Shown here: positions 1 through 11,422 of the stretch, piece after piece
Position numbering within the stretch: position 1 is the stretch's first letter
Layout: each line of letters starts with the position of its first letter
Assembly (NCBI RefSeq): GCF_006345805.1
Contig: NC_043010.1
Coordinates: 4,774,001-4,838,000 of the forward strand
DNA length: 64,000 bases
Direction: 5' to 3'
Origin: Octopus sinensis
Taxonomy: Eukaryota
Translations under genes and position numbers: made by a program
Notes under the pieces: model-generated
The model's input: only the letters and a program-made list of their open reading frames with translations
What the model was told of the DNA's origin: nothing
Database searches by the model: none

Positions 1-303
1 CTCCACATAGTCATTCAATTTGCAAGAAATAACAATCAAATTTTACTCAAATCATACCTACTAAACTTGAAAGGGAAGGCACATGTGATAACCTTAGTCT
101 AGATATTTCTTAAGATATACTATGATCACCACTGTTCAATTAGGATGGACCTAGGGCCAAAAAATAGCAATAACAACAAAAAACAAATATCCAAATCACT
201 TCTTTTATATGATTTTGTATGATGTAAAACTGATCAAGGTTTCGTTTTCAAGTTTTCAATAAATGTATGTTGTGAAAAAGATATTGTTCTTGAATAACGT
301 AAC

Positions 304-798
304 AAACACCATCCGATCGTGGCCGTGCCAGCCTTGCCTGGCCTCCGTGCCGGTGGCATGTAAAAAACACCATCCAAGTGTGGCCGTTCGCCAGCCTCGT
401 CTGGCACCTGTGTCGGTGGCACATAAAAAACACCATCCGAGCATGGCCGTTCGCCAGCCTCGTCTGGCACCTGTGTCCGTGGCACATAAAAAAAAACACC
501 ATCCGAGCGTGGCCGTTTGCCAGCCTCGTCTGGCACCTGTGTCCGTGGCACATAAAAAAAACACCATCCGAGCGTGGCCGTTCGCCAGCCTCGTCTGGCA
601 CCTGTGTCGGTGGCACATAAAATGCACCCGCTACACTCACGGAGTGGTTGGCGTTAGGAAGGGCATCCAGCTGTAGAAACTCTGCCAGATCAAGATTGGA
701 GTCTGGTGCAGCCATCTGGTTTGCCAGCCCTCAGTCAAATTGTCCGACCCATGCTAGCATGGAAAGCGGACGTTAAACGACGATGATGATGATGATGA
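304..798 (+). mobile_element. SINE-like family C (GGAAGGGCATCCAG ... GGACGTTAAACGA(TGA)n tail) with five tandem ~62-bp 5' units
   Basis: Five near-identical units at 304-622, then a ~180-bp body shared with copies at 5766-5957, 8868-9080, 14553-14750 (+) and 49021-49364 (-). Confidence 0.8.
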
Positions 799-1085
799 AT
801 AATCCTATCTGGTATTACAAATACTTGTAAGGATCTGTTAACATAGCCAGCAGACCAAGCATCGAAATTAACCTTGGCCAACATCGACTTCTTTATTTAG
901 AAGAATATATACGGCTTTGCAATTGTCTATAATTTCTTTCTGGCCTTTCTTCCGCACATGTAACAAACATTCACACGTACACACACATACACAGGCAAAA
1001 GAAAAAGAAAAAAATGAAGAAAAAAAAAAAAACCATTCCTGCTCAGAAGCTGTATAAAAATATACTTGGCAGATATGACTAGAAT

Positions 1086-1197
1086 TTACAGGAAAGACCA
1101 CTCAATTCTTATGACTTGCTTGCCATACAGCCATTCATAATTCATAATCTCTTGTACTTCAAGTTCACTGATAGATTTTTCACAACCTGCTTCTCTG
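1086..1197 (-). CDS. Terminal coding exon of an uncharacterised minus-strand gene: (S)REAGCEKSISELEVQEIMNYEWLYGKQVIRIEWSFL*
   Basis: Acceptor ctgtcatcag| (tandem CAG-CAG); 36 open codons then TAA at 1088-1086; joins the exon at 1284-1317 in phase 2 across an 86-nt GT-AG intron; AATAAA on the minus strand at 897-892. Confidence 0.6.
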
Positions 1198-1283
1198 CTG
1201 ATGACAGTAGTTATAAGCATTGAAATCCATCATTGTTTTTATCTTATTTCTTTTCGTTTTTTTGTTTTATTTTATTTTCTTAC

Positions 1284-1317
1284 CTGTATCTCCTTTCAAT
1301 CATCAAAGTTGGAACAC
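1284..1317 (-). CDS. Internal 34-nt exon: VPTLMIERRY(S)
   Basis: Branch-point-like CTAAC ~20 nt upstream of acceptor ttttcaag|; consensus donor CAG|gtaaga; only one open frame (phase 1 in, phase 2 out), matching both neighbours. Confidence 0.6.
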
Positions 1318-1367
1318 CTTGAAAATCAGCTCAGTTAGTAGTGTGTGTGTGTGTGTCTGTGCATGTG

Positions 1368-1398
<31 letters not shown>

Positions 1399-1519
1399 TG
1401 TGTATGTGTGTGTGCATGTGTGTGTGTGCATGTGTGTGTGTGTTTGTGTGTGCACGTACATGCACGTGTGTGTTTGTGTGTGTGTGTGTGTGTGTGTAGT
1501 AGCCATATTACAGCAGTAC

Positions 1520-1585
1520 TTATCTCAGCTTTCAGATTTGCAACCACATATCTAGTGAACTGATATTGCTTAACAACAGATCGTT
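1520..1585 (-). CDS. Internal 66-nt exon: RSVVKQYQFTRYVVANLKAEI(S); may start at an in-frame upstream acceptor at 1651
   Basis: Acceptor gtttttcag|; weaker donor A|gtactg; single open frame, phase 1 to 1. Confidence 0.45.
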
Positions 1586-1839
1586 CTGAAAAACTTTCAT
1601 TTGAATTCCAAAAGAATTCAGACCATAATAAATAGAATCGAGACAAAATTCCTGAGCTCAGTCAAAGTTTGAGGTTTTTTAAGCCCCTAAAGTGTTCTTA
1701 GTGGAAATAATCCTTAGAAAGCGAGAAAAATTTCTCAGGTTTGCTGTTATTCACAATAACCACCAGATTTAGACGGCTTATTTTTTTTTGCTCTAAAGAT
1801 TTAATTTTTTTTCTTTTCACCTCATTTCCAATGTGTCTA

Positions 1840-2320
1840 CCACCTTCTTATCAACAAAGAGGTTTTTATGTGGTGCTAGTAATAGCAGTCAAATCTCTGA
1901 ATTACATCGTGTCTTGAAAAGGGAGTCCTTTTACATTGAAGACTTACTTTACTCATCACCTAATTCTTTTTTTTTCCACGGTTTCCATCAACTTCTTGTT
2001 AAAATTTGAACCTATGTGTACTCTCTCGGCCTGCTAAAAATAACAGTCAAAGCTTGTTCAAATTACACATTAATGTCTTGAGAAGGGAGGCTTTATGCAT
2101 TTAAAACCATATTTATTTTACCAAATGTTTTCTTCTGCTGTCTCCATCAATTTCTTATCAACAACTGAGCATCCCCGGATGTGGTTCCTTGGCCTGCTAG
2201 GAATAGCAGCCAAATCTGTTTGAATTGGGGGAGAGAGAGAAAAGCAGTGGACAATGCAATCATAGCTATGCATCCCCTCTGGTCACAGTCAAAGCTGACC
2301 TGGGGCTAAACAACGACGAC
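1840..2320 (+). repeat. Three tandem decayed fragments of a family E repeat (GCTAGAAATAGCAGCCAAATCT ... GGGGCTAAACAAC)
   Basis: Related motifs also at 20-180, 22736-22910 and ~61905-61970. Confidence 0.5.
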
Positions 2321-2384
2321 TATTTATTAGAGAAGTCAATGTAAAACTCATAGAAGAAATAGAATATAAAGCCAAAATGCAGCT

Positions 2385-2421
<37 letters not shown>

Positions 2422-2424
2422 ACC

Positions 2425-2480
<56 letters not shown>

Positions 2481-3094
2481 CACTACTACCGCTACTACTG
2501 CTGCTGCTGTTACTGTTGCAGTGGTTGTTATTGAAGTACTGCCTTGTTAATTATCTTCCCTCTCTCTCGGCACAAAAATCTCATTTCCCAGTTTCTAACC
2601 TCTCTCGTTGGTTGCTCAACAATACAAAAGTTTTTTGGGCATTAGGGCGCGTATTAGTCTCTGTTCTATTTCATATTGGGGGGGGGGGAAAGGAACTTAT
2701 ATATAACGGCTGTGATGTTTCTTTTATACACATCAATGATTGGATGATTGGATGCGTGAACGAGGAATGTGGTGGGAGGCAGGCAAGGAAAAGGGGGGGG
2801 GTCATGCTGGAATGGTTTTCTCCAAGAACTTTCTCCGAACTGACCATTTCAAAGCACTTGATTGGGTTGATAGAGTAGGAGAGCTTTTCCTTTTTATCCC
2901 CAAAAATGTTGTTGTTGTTGTTGTTGTTGTCGTTACTGTTTTATTGTTGTTTTTGTTGTAGGGGTGTCTGAATTGTTGTTGTTGTTATTGTAATGGCTAC
3001 AATGGTATTTTATTGTTCTTCATGCTGCTGCTGCTGTTTTTGTTGTAATGTTTGGTTATTTTATTTATTTATTTATTTATTTATTTATCTATTA

Positions 3095-3138
<44 letters not shown>

Positions 3139-4107
3139 TTTGCTGTTGAAATGTTTCTTGTGATTGTTGTTATTTGTTGTTGTCTTTGACATTGACGTTT
3201 GCAGCAGCAGCAGTAGTAGTAGTGGTTGTAGTACTGGTGGTGGTAGTAGTTGTAGAGGTGGTGGTAGTGGTGGTGGTGGTGCAGTGGTTGTAGTGGTGAC
3301 GATGGTGGTAGTGGTGGTGGTGGTAGTAGTGGTGTAGTGGTTGTAGTGGTGACGATGGTGGAAGTAGTGGCGGTGGTAGTGGTGCAGTGGTTGTAGTAAT
3401 GGCGATGGTGGCAATGGTGGTGGTGGTGGCACCAGTGGAAGCAGCAGCAGCAGCAGTAGTAGTAGTTGCTATTTGGCTTATGTTCTGAGTATTTTCAAGT
3501 GTTCATAACTATGACCAGAACAAAAATTAGTTAACAAACACCATTTCTTCGTTATCTCCATATAATAATTCTTATTGTAATTAGGGCCACAGAATAATAA
3601 TAACCTCATTGCACAGTGGAACCCTATGTTGTTGTAAGCATTCAAGTCATCCACTTTGAGGATATCTTCTTCTCCTTACAAGGCTTTGGGCACCACCTTC
3701 CTCCCTGACTAAAATGTAAAAAGAACAAAAAAATAACAGGAGCAAGCATTGCATAAAATACTTTATGGTATTTTAGTTTTGGCTATTTGCTTTCTTGAGT
3801 TAAAATTCTGTTGGTATCATTTTCACATTCCATCCATGTAGAGGGGCAATCAATTAAAATACCAGTAAAATTCTGGAGTAATTATTACTATTATTATAAT
3901 TTGTTCTGGCAAATTCTGTAAGAGTGGACAACATCCTGTTGTCAAGGGTCTCACAGGGTTTTCTTCCATGAAACTTAACATCCAAGTACCAGTCTCAAAA
4001 TCCTTGCTGCCCCCAATAATGCAGTTTTCTAAGCATCAAAATTCTTGCTCTTCCCAATAAAAGTTTTCTGAGCAATTATTATTATTATTATTATTATTAT
4101 TATTTTT

Positions 4108-4262
4108 TTTTCTTCTTTCAAATTTGCTTCCATTTCTTGCTAAGTGTCTTCCCGACTCCTAGGGCAAAGAAACTCATAGTATACATTGGTAGGCCATTAA
4201 ATTAAACTCAATAGTTCGTTCATTTTTTTTTTTTAAGTTAAATTAAAATACATGGGTAGTAA
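4108..4262 (+). mobile_element. Short repeat family F adjacent to (ATT)n
   Basis: Near-identical inverted copy at 22022-22190; decayed copies at ~10905-11000 and 14475-14520. Confidence 0.65.
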
Positions 4263-4780
4263 TAGTTCTTCTTCTTCTTCTTCTTCTTATTATTATTATT
4301 AGACAAGACGAAGAGTGTGATGTGATTGCAATAGATATTTTATTGGTTGAGCGATATTTCGACAGCAAGCTTGTCTTTGTTGTGTTCAAAATAAATGTGA
4401 TAAAAATTCAAATCTAAAGAGCAACCAGCGTCCACACATTGATGAAATGATTATCATCAGTCTTTAAGTTTCAATTTATAACTGCTGAGGTCGACTTTAC
4501 CTTTCTTCCTTTCGGGGCTGATAAATTAAGTACCAGTAAAACACTGGAGCCGATGTAATCTACTAGTCCCCTCCCACAAAATTTCAAGCTTTGTGCCTTT
4601 AGAAGAAAGGATTATTATTATTAATCAAATTCTGCTGAGGTCGACTTTGCCTGTCATCCTTTTGGGATCAAAAAAAGTACCAGTCGAGTACTGTGGTCGA
4701 TATAATCACCTATCCCCTTCACCAATTTCAGACCTTGTGCTTATAGTAGAGAGGACTATTATTATTATTATTATTATTAT

Positions 4781-5200
4781 TATATGTTTGACTTTTGCTT
4801 TACATTTGTACAAGCTGGCTCCAAGACTCACCCAGAGACCTCAGGAGACAACAAGTTAGAAGTTCATGTTGGTGTTATGCCTAGGGTGCCATATATTTGG
4901 TTTTGTACATAGTGTTGTTCTAGAGAACGTTTAAGAAGCCATAAGAAAATGTTGTGTTTGTTTTAAAAAATTGCGATTACATTGAAAGTATTTTGTGTAG
5001 GATATGAGCAGTTCCCATGAGCACTATCTTTTGAATTTCTGCCATTTTGGGGTTTTCTGGTATCTGAGCTAGGTAGGAACCAGTCCCTTTTGCTATCATT
5101 CCAGGGCACCTATGACAACAGATATTGTTTTAGCCTTCAGGTTCCACATTTTGATAATTTCTATTTCAAGATCTTTATACTTGCTCAGTTTTTGATAGGT
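4781..5200 (-). mobile_element. 3' end of an RLE-type (R4/Dong-like) non-LTR retrotransposon, copy 1
   Basis: Minus strand encodes KLSKYKDLEIEIIKMWNLKAKTISVVIGAL...EIQKIVLMGTAHILHKILSM*, then a 3'UTR ending in (TAA)n. Confidence 0.75.
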
Positions 5201-5262
5201 CTTCTTCTTATCTTCTTCTTCTTCTTCTTCTCTTCTTATTATTATTATTATTTTATTATTAT

Positions 5263-5682
5263 TATATGTTTGACTTTTGCTTTACATTTGTACAAGCTGG
5301 CTCCAAGACTCACCCAGAGACCTCAGGAGACAACAAGTTAGAAGTTCATGTTGGTGTTATGCCTAGGGTGCCATATATTTGGTTTTGTACATAGTGTTGT
5401 TCTAGAGAACGTTTAAGAAGCCATAAGAAAATGTTGTGTTTGTTTTAAAAAATTGCGATTACATTGAAAGTATTTTGTGTAGGATATGAGCAGTTCCCAT
5501 GAGCACTATCTTTTGAATTTCTGCCATTTTGGGGTTTTCTGGTATCTGAGCTAGGTAGGAACCAGTCCCTTTTGCTATCATTCCAGGGCACCTATGACAA
5601 CAGATATTGTTTTAGCCTTCAGGTTCCACATTTTGATAATTTCTATTTCAAGATCTTTATACTTGCTCAGTTTTTGATAGGT
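5263..5682 (-). mobile_element. 3' end of the R4/Dong-like element, copy 2 (tandem, period 482 bp)
   Basis: Appears identical to 4781-5200 by eye. Confidence 0.75.
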
Positions 5683-5718
5683 CTTCTTCTTATCTTCTTC
5701 TTCTTCTTCTTCTTCTTC

Positions 5719-5765
<47 letters not shown>

Positions 5766-5957
5766 GCCGGTGGCACATAAAAGCACCCACTACACTCTCA
5801 GAGTGGTTGGCGTTAGGAAGGGCATCCAGCAGTAGAAACTCTGCCAGATCAAGATTGAAGCCTGTTACAGCCATCTGGTTCACCAGCCCTCAGTCATTCG
5901 TCCAACCCATGCTAGCATGGAAAGCGGACGTTAAACGATGATGATGATGATGATGAT
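5766..5957 (+). mobile_element. SINE family C copy without the tandem units
   Basis: Matches 610-798; (GAT)n tail. Confidence 0.8.
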
Positions 5958-6681
5958 GGTGGTTATTTGCAACTAACTCTTCTCTTCATATTTGTCGCCA
6001 TCTGCTGTTAATGTAAGGAATTATAAATTATGACAATAGAATTCAAGATGACTAGGGGTGCTCTATGCCATCAGCATAAAGTAGCCTTGTTAATTTAGAC
6101 TGTGAAATAAATTTTATTGAATGGGGAGCAAAAGTGATGCCTGATGTTTCAGATTGTTTGTCCTTCATCAGGAAAAGATAATGTGCTTACCAACTGACAT
6201 TTTACCTCACTCTTTCTTTCCCTCGCTGATTCTGTCTCCTTCACTTTTCACCCCCTTTGTTTGTCTGTCTGTCTGTCACTCTCTCCCTCTCTCTCTCTCT
6301 CTCCTTCTTTCTGACAAAGGGTTTTTCTTGAAATTCTTGACTTCTATTTTCTTAATGGCTTAACATTTATTGTGATAGACTGATATCCTGTTCTGGGAAG
6401 AAAGTGTTGTGACGTGAGTCACTCATTCACCAAGGAAACTAGGCAACTGGCTCTATGACTCCCAGGGCTCCAGATGGTAATATGAACAGGTGTTGATGAT
6501 GATGAAGATGAAGATTATTATGATGGTGGTGGTGATGGTGTGATGACGTTGATGATGATGATGATGATAACAACGACGACGGCGATGTTGATGATGATGA
6601 TGATGATGATGATGATGACGACGACGACGATGATGATGATGATGATGATGATAACGATGATAATGATGGTGATGATGGTGG

Positions 6682-6722
<41 letters not shown>

Positions 6723-6849
6723 TTGATGATGATAAACGACGATGACAACTATGACAATGGTATTTATTCCACTGTTTGAGTTATTTGTAATGTTTTTATA
6801 AACTTTATTTAGACTTTTTTGTTTGTCCTCCATAAAACACCATTCACTA

Positions 6850-6914
6850 CTAACCCTAACCCTAACTCTAAAACCTAACTCTAAAACCTAACCCTAACCC
6901 TAACCCTAACCCTA
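6850..6914 (-). repeat. Interstitial telomere-like (TTAGGG)n tract, degenerate
   Basis: About 10 CCCTAA / CTCTAA / ACCTAA units. Confidence 0.7.
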
Positions 6915-6959
6915 GCTCTCAACTCTCAACCTTAATGATTTTACACAGGTGAGGAATAC

Positions 6960-7005
6960 TCATAACTTTCACTAGCCATCCTATTCTGTCTTCAATAAAC
7001 ATTGG
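6960..7005 (-). CDS. Internal 46-nt exon: PMFIEDRIGWLVKVM
   Basis: Strong acceptor cttgtttcttttacag|; donor A|gtattc; single open frame, phase 0 to 1. Confidence 0.5.
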
Positions 7006-7299
7006 CTGTAAAAGAAACAAGTGCTACTTTGAGCCATTAAAAATTAGGCAATACCGCCAATCTAGTTAGTAGTAATGAAACTAAAATAAAAAACATCTAA
7101 GTAAAGTAATAGAGAAAAAGAAGAGAGAAATAATCAAAGCAAGCCATAAAGAAGAGAAACATTGCAACAAAAGTAGATTTACAACTAAATCAGACTCTTT
7201 CTAGTCTTGTCTCTTTGCTCTGCAATATTTTTAAAGCAAAAATAACAGATTGCTGGAAATATGAAAACAGACAAATGACAGACATTGTAAAATAATCGT

Positions 7300-8010
7300 G
7301 GTCATCATCATCATCGTCATCGCCATCATCATCATCATCATCACTGCACCAGTGCCAACACCATCACCATCACCATCCCGAACACCAACATTGCAGCTGT
7401 TGTTGTTGCCTCCACCACTGCGACCAATACTGCCACCAACACCACAACACGCACCACCACTACCACAATCACAACCCCACCACCACCACTACCACCACTA
7501 CCACCACCATCACCACTATCATCACTACCACCCTCATCAACAGCCTCATCATCATCATCAGCAGCAGCAGCACCACCACCACCACCACAACAACAACAAC
7601 CACCACCACAACAACCACCACCACCACAATCACAACCCCACCACCACCACCATCACCACTATCATCACCATCATCACCACCACCCTCATCAACAGCCTCA
7701 TCATCATCAGCAGCAGCACCACCACCAACACCACCACCACTACCACCACCATCACCACTATCATCACTATCATCACCACCACCCTCATCAACAGCCTCAT
7801 CATCATCAGCAGCACTACCACCACCGCCACAATCACCACCACCACCACTACCACTTTACCCATCACAGTTGCTGCAGCTACTGTTGGTGGTGTTCGTAGC
7901 AACAGCAGCAGTATCACTACCACCACCATACCAACACCAGCACTAGTACCACCACCACCACCACCACAACCACCACCACCACCACCACCACTAGCACCAT
8001 CATCATCATC
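7300..8010. repeat. (CAC/CAT/CAG)n low-complexity tract with a thrice-repeated internal unit
   Basis: ccctcatcaacagcctcatcatcatcagcagca recurs at ~7530, ~7683 and ~7783. Confidence 0.9.
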
Positions 8011-8017
8011 ATTGTAC

Positions 8018-8061
8018 CAGAACCAAACAACAATTCTTCGGAATATTCATGTGACCCAATT
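8018..8061 (-). CDS. Candidate 44-nt exon: (E)LGHMNIPKNCCLVL
   Basis: Acceptor gtttcatttaag|; donor TG|gtacaa; the phase 1 to 0 frame fits both neighbours, but a second frame is also open. Confidence 0.35.
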
Positions 8062-8183
8062 CTTAAATGAAACCATTTTGTAAGAAATTTTCTCCTTTTA
8101 TTTAAAATTTGCAGTGCAAGTTTTATTTACATTTCCATAACCATATACATACATAAACAAACAGACAAATTTGTGAGCCTGCA

Positions 8184-8215
<32 letters not shown>

Positions 8216-8306
8216 TACACACACACACCACACACACACACATACACACACATACCTATGACTGTAACCTATTTATATTTAGATAGTTACACATATATAC
8301 ATAAGC

Positions 8307-8339
<33 letters not shown>

Positions 8340-9512
8340 CGTACATACATTTTTATATATGTATATATATAAATATGTATATATATATAAATATATACAT
8401 ATACACACAAACATACACACGTATATATGCATATATATGCATGTGTGCATGTGTGTGTGTATGTATGCATGCTTATTTTATTTTATTTTATTTTTATTTT
8501 ATCTAGTTTCAGCTCATGAGCTGTGGCCATGCTGGGGCACCGCCATGCTTGTATGTATATGCACATGAAGAGGAGAGCAATTGAAAGAGAGTTGTGCTCA
8601 GCACATCTAGATGAAGCTGCAAATAACAAGTTGACTTAGTTCTCCATTACTTAAAGTTTCAGAGGCACCTACATCCTCGCCATCTTTATGTTCAAATGTT
8701 GCTGAGGTCGACTTTGCCTTTCATCTTTTGGTTGGTGTCAATAAAATAAATACCAGTTGAGTACTGAGGTCAATGTTGTCTACTTACCCAACTCCCCTGC
8801 AATTGCTGGCCTTGTGCCCAAATCTGAAATCATCATCATCATCATTGTCATTATTATTACATAGTACCACCTGACTGACCCTCGTGTCGGTGGCATGTAG
8901 AAGCACCAACTACACTCTCAGAGTGGTTGGCATTAGGAAGGGCATCCAGCTGTTGAGACTTTGCCAGATCAGATTGGAACCTGGTGCAGCGTTCTGGCTC
9001 ACCAGCCCTCAGTCAAACCGTCCAACCTATGCCAGCATGGAAAGTGGACGTTAAACGATGATAATGCTGATGATGATGATGAAGGGCAGTGAGCTGGTAG
9101 ACTCATTACTAAGTTGGACAAAATACCTAATGACATTTCTGGCACATTTTGTTCTGGGTTCAAATTCTGCCAAGCTTAGCTTTGTCTTTCATTCTTTCAG
9201 GAGTCAATAAAATAAGTACCAGTTGAAAATCGGGGTCAATATAATTAACTAGCACCCTACCCACATATTTCAGGTTTTGTGTTTATAGTTGAAAGAATTA
9301 TTATCATCATTATACAGAGAGATGGATTGGTATTAAGGATGGGTAAGTTGGCAAAGTCGTTAGAGAATGTGACGACAAAATGCTTGCGGCATTTCATCAG
9401 GGTTGTTACATTCAGGGCTCAGATGCTGCCAATATTCTGAGTTCATAAGGCAGCAAGCTGGTAGAAATGTTAGCATGCCAGACAAAATACTTAGTGGTAT
9501 TTTCTGTCTTTA

Positions 9513-9740
9513 GGCGGCGAGCTGGCAGAAATGTTAGGATGCCGGGCGAAATGCTTTGCGGTATTTCGTCTTTCGCTACGTTCTGAGTTCAAATTCCGTT
9601 GACTTTGTCTTTCATCCTTTCAGGGTCGATAAATTAAGTACCAGTTACGCACTGGGGTCGATATAATCGTCTTAATCCGTCTGTCTGTCCTTGTTTGTCC
9701 TCTCTATGTATTTAGCCCCTTGTGGGTAGTAAAGAAATAG
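9513..9740 (+). mobile_element. SINE family B (GGCGGCGAGCTGGCAGAA head; GCCTTTCATCCTTTCGGGGTCGATAAATTAAGTACC core), young copy
   Basis: Flanked by the 17-bp direct repeat ggtattttctgtcttta; similar copies at 18425-18610, 20265-20500 (+) and 54785-55012 (-), plus many decayed copies (e.g. 4480-4750, 8690-8830, 12750-12960, 13180-13390, 36660-36860). Confidence 0.8.
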
Positions 9741-10023
9741 GTATTTTCTGTCTTTACGTTCTGAGTCCAAATTCCACAGAGGTCAACTCTGCCTTTCATC
9801 CTTTTAGGGTTGATAAATTAAGTTTTAGTTGTGTACTGGGGTCGATCTAATCAACTGGCCCCTCCCCAAAAATTTCAGGCCTTGTGCTGAAAGTAAAAAA
9901 GAATATTCTGAGTTTAAATTCTGTCAAAGTTGAATTTTGCTTTTCATCTTGTCATCGAAACAAGTACCAGTTGAGCACTGGGGTTCATGTAATCATCTAG
10001 TTCCCTCCCACAAAATTTCAGAT

Positions 10024-10435
10024 GAGTGGCTGTGTGGTAAGTAGCCTGCTTACCAACCACATGGTTCCGGGTTCAGTCCCACTGCGTGGCATCTTAGGTA
10101 AGTGTCTTCTGCTATAGCCTCGGGCCGACCAAAGCCTTGTGAGTGGATTTGGTAGGCGGAAACTGAAAGAAGCCTGTCGTATATATGTATATATATATAT
10201 ATATGTGTGTGTATGTTTGTGTGTCTGTGTTTGTCCCCCCAGCATTGCTTGACAACCGATGCTGGTGTGTTTACGTCGCTGTCACTTAGCGGTTCGGCAA
10301 AAGAGACCGATAGAACAAGTACTGGGCTTACAAAGAATAAGTCCCGGGGTCGAGTTGCTCGACTAAAAGGCGGTGCTCCAGCATGGCCGCAGTCAAATGA
10401 CTGAAACAAGTAAAAAAGTAAAGAGTAAAAGAGTA
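10024..10435 (+). mobile_element. tRNA-derived CORE-type SINE family A (~410 bp, internal (TA)n(TG)n, (AAAAGAGT)n tail)
   Basis: A-box TGGCTGTGTGGT, B-box GGTTCAGTCC, CORE-like CTTGGGCAAGTGTCTT segment; at least 12 near-full copies in the window. Confidence 0.85.
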
Positions 10436-11097
10436 TGCCAGACAAAATACTTAGTGGTATTTTCTGTCTTTACGTTCTGAGTCCAAATTCCACAGAGGTC
10501 AACTCTGCCTTTCATCCTTTCAGGGTTGATAAATTAAGTTTTAGTTGTGTACTGGGGTCGATCTAATCAACTGGACCCTCCCCCAAAATTTCAGGCCTTG
10601 TGCTGAAAGTAGAAAAGAATATTCTGAGTTCAAATTCTGTCAAAGTTGAATTTTGCTTTTCATCTTGTCCTTGAAATAAGTACCAGTTGAGTGCTGGGGG
10701 TTAATGTAATCAACTAGTTCCCTCCCACAAAATTTCAGATCTTATACTACAGTAGAAAGAACTATTACTATTATTATTTTGGGGTCAATGAAACAAGTGC
10801 CAGCTCAGCACTGAAGTCAACTTAATTCATTTGACCCCTTGTCCAAAACTGCTGACCTTGTGCCAAACTTTGAAACCATTATTATTATGATGATTTTTTC
10901 TCCTTTCAATTTTGTTTCTATTTCTTGCTGAGTGTCTTCCTGACACCTGGGAGAAGGAAACTCACTGTAAACACTGAAAGGCTATTAAAATAAACACACC
11001 AGATTGTTCATTTACAAAATCAAATAAAGTCAAAAAAACAAATTAGATGGGTGGTAAAAGTTCTCACATTGACAATTCTCATCTCAGTGCATATGAT

Positions 11098-11422
11098 GTA
11101 CAATCTTTTACATTTCTTGCCGTGATGGTAAGCTGAGAACCATTATCAAGTAACTGTCATTTCCATTTTTGATCATTCCTAGTGCTCCTACAATCGCTTG
11201 AGATGACCCATTTTTTTTTCCTATATCAATGAGCAAAACTTTATATTTCCTGAACTTAACAAATTCTTCTTTAGCCAACATATGATCACAAAGAATACTC
11301 CTGTCAATCAATAAGCAGATTATAGTGTTTTCATCTTTCACAGCAATATCTGATTTATTAGCTTTGATGGTTGTGTCTGCATGTACTGGAAAGTCCCAAA
11401 GAATCATTACATTGTATCCTTC
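11098..11422 (-). mobile_element. Decayed restriction-like endonuclease domain of an R4/Dong-like LINE
   Basis: ILWDFPVHADTTIKANKSDIAVKD...CLLID...KYK...IVGALGMIK resembles the PD-(D/E)xK RLE domain; overlaps in homology with the 4781-5200 fragment. Confidence 0.7.

Noticed and set aside
304-622. CRISPR-like appearance of the 62-bp tandem units
   Set aside because: Units are contiguous near-identical copies without unique spacers; eukaryotic SINE context; no cas genes.
868-1101. Minus-strand ORF ending HVRKKGQKEIIDNCKAVYILLNKEVDVGQG*
   Set aside because: No usable acceptor, spans T-runs and (GT)n, and lies in the predicted 3'UTR.
3680-3708. Exon-like segment (ttttag| ... CCTT|gtaagg)
   Set aside because: Good signals, but no frame fits both the 6960 donor (phase 1) and the 1585 acceptor (phase 1); left out of the model, though it could be an alternative exon.
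6410-6420. Overlapping CRE-like TGACGT and AP-1 TGAGTCA motifs
   Set aside because: Short motifs expected by chance in 64 kb; no supporting context.
7298-8083. 261-aa His/Thr/Pro-rich ORF
   Set aside because: Trinucleotide low-complexity tract with open frames on both strands and no supporting splice or start context.
10050-10445. Recurrent ORFs such as MLGGQTQTHK... and ...DCGHAGAPP...
   Set aside because: They recur at each family A SINE copy; repeat-derived, not genes.
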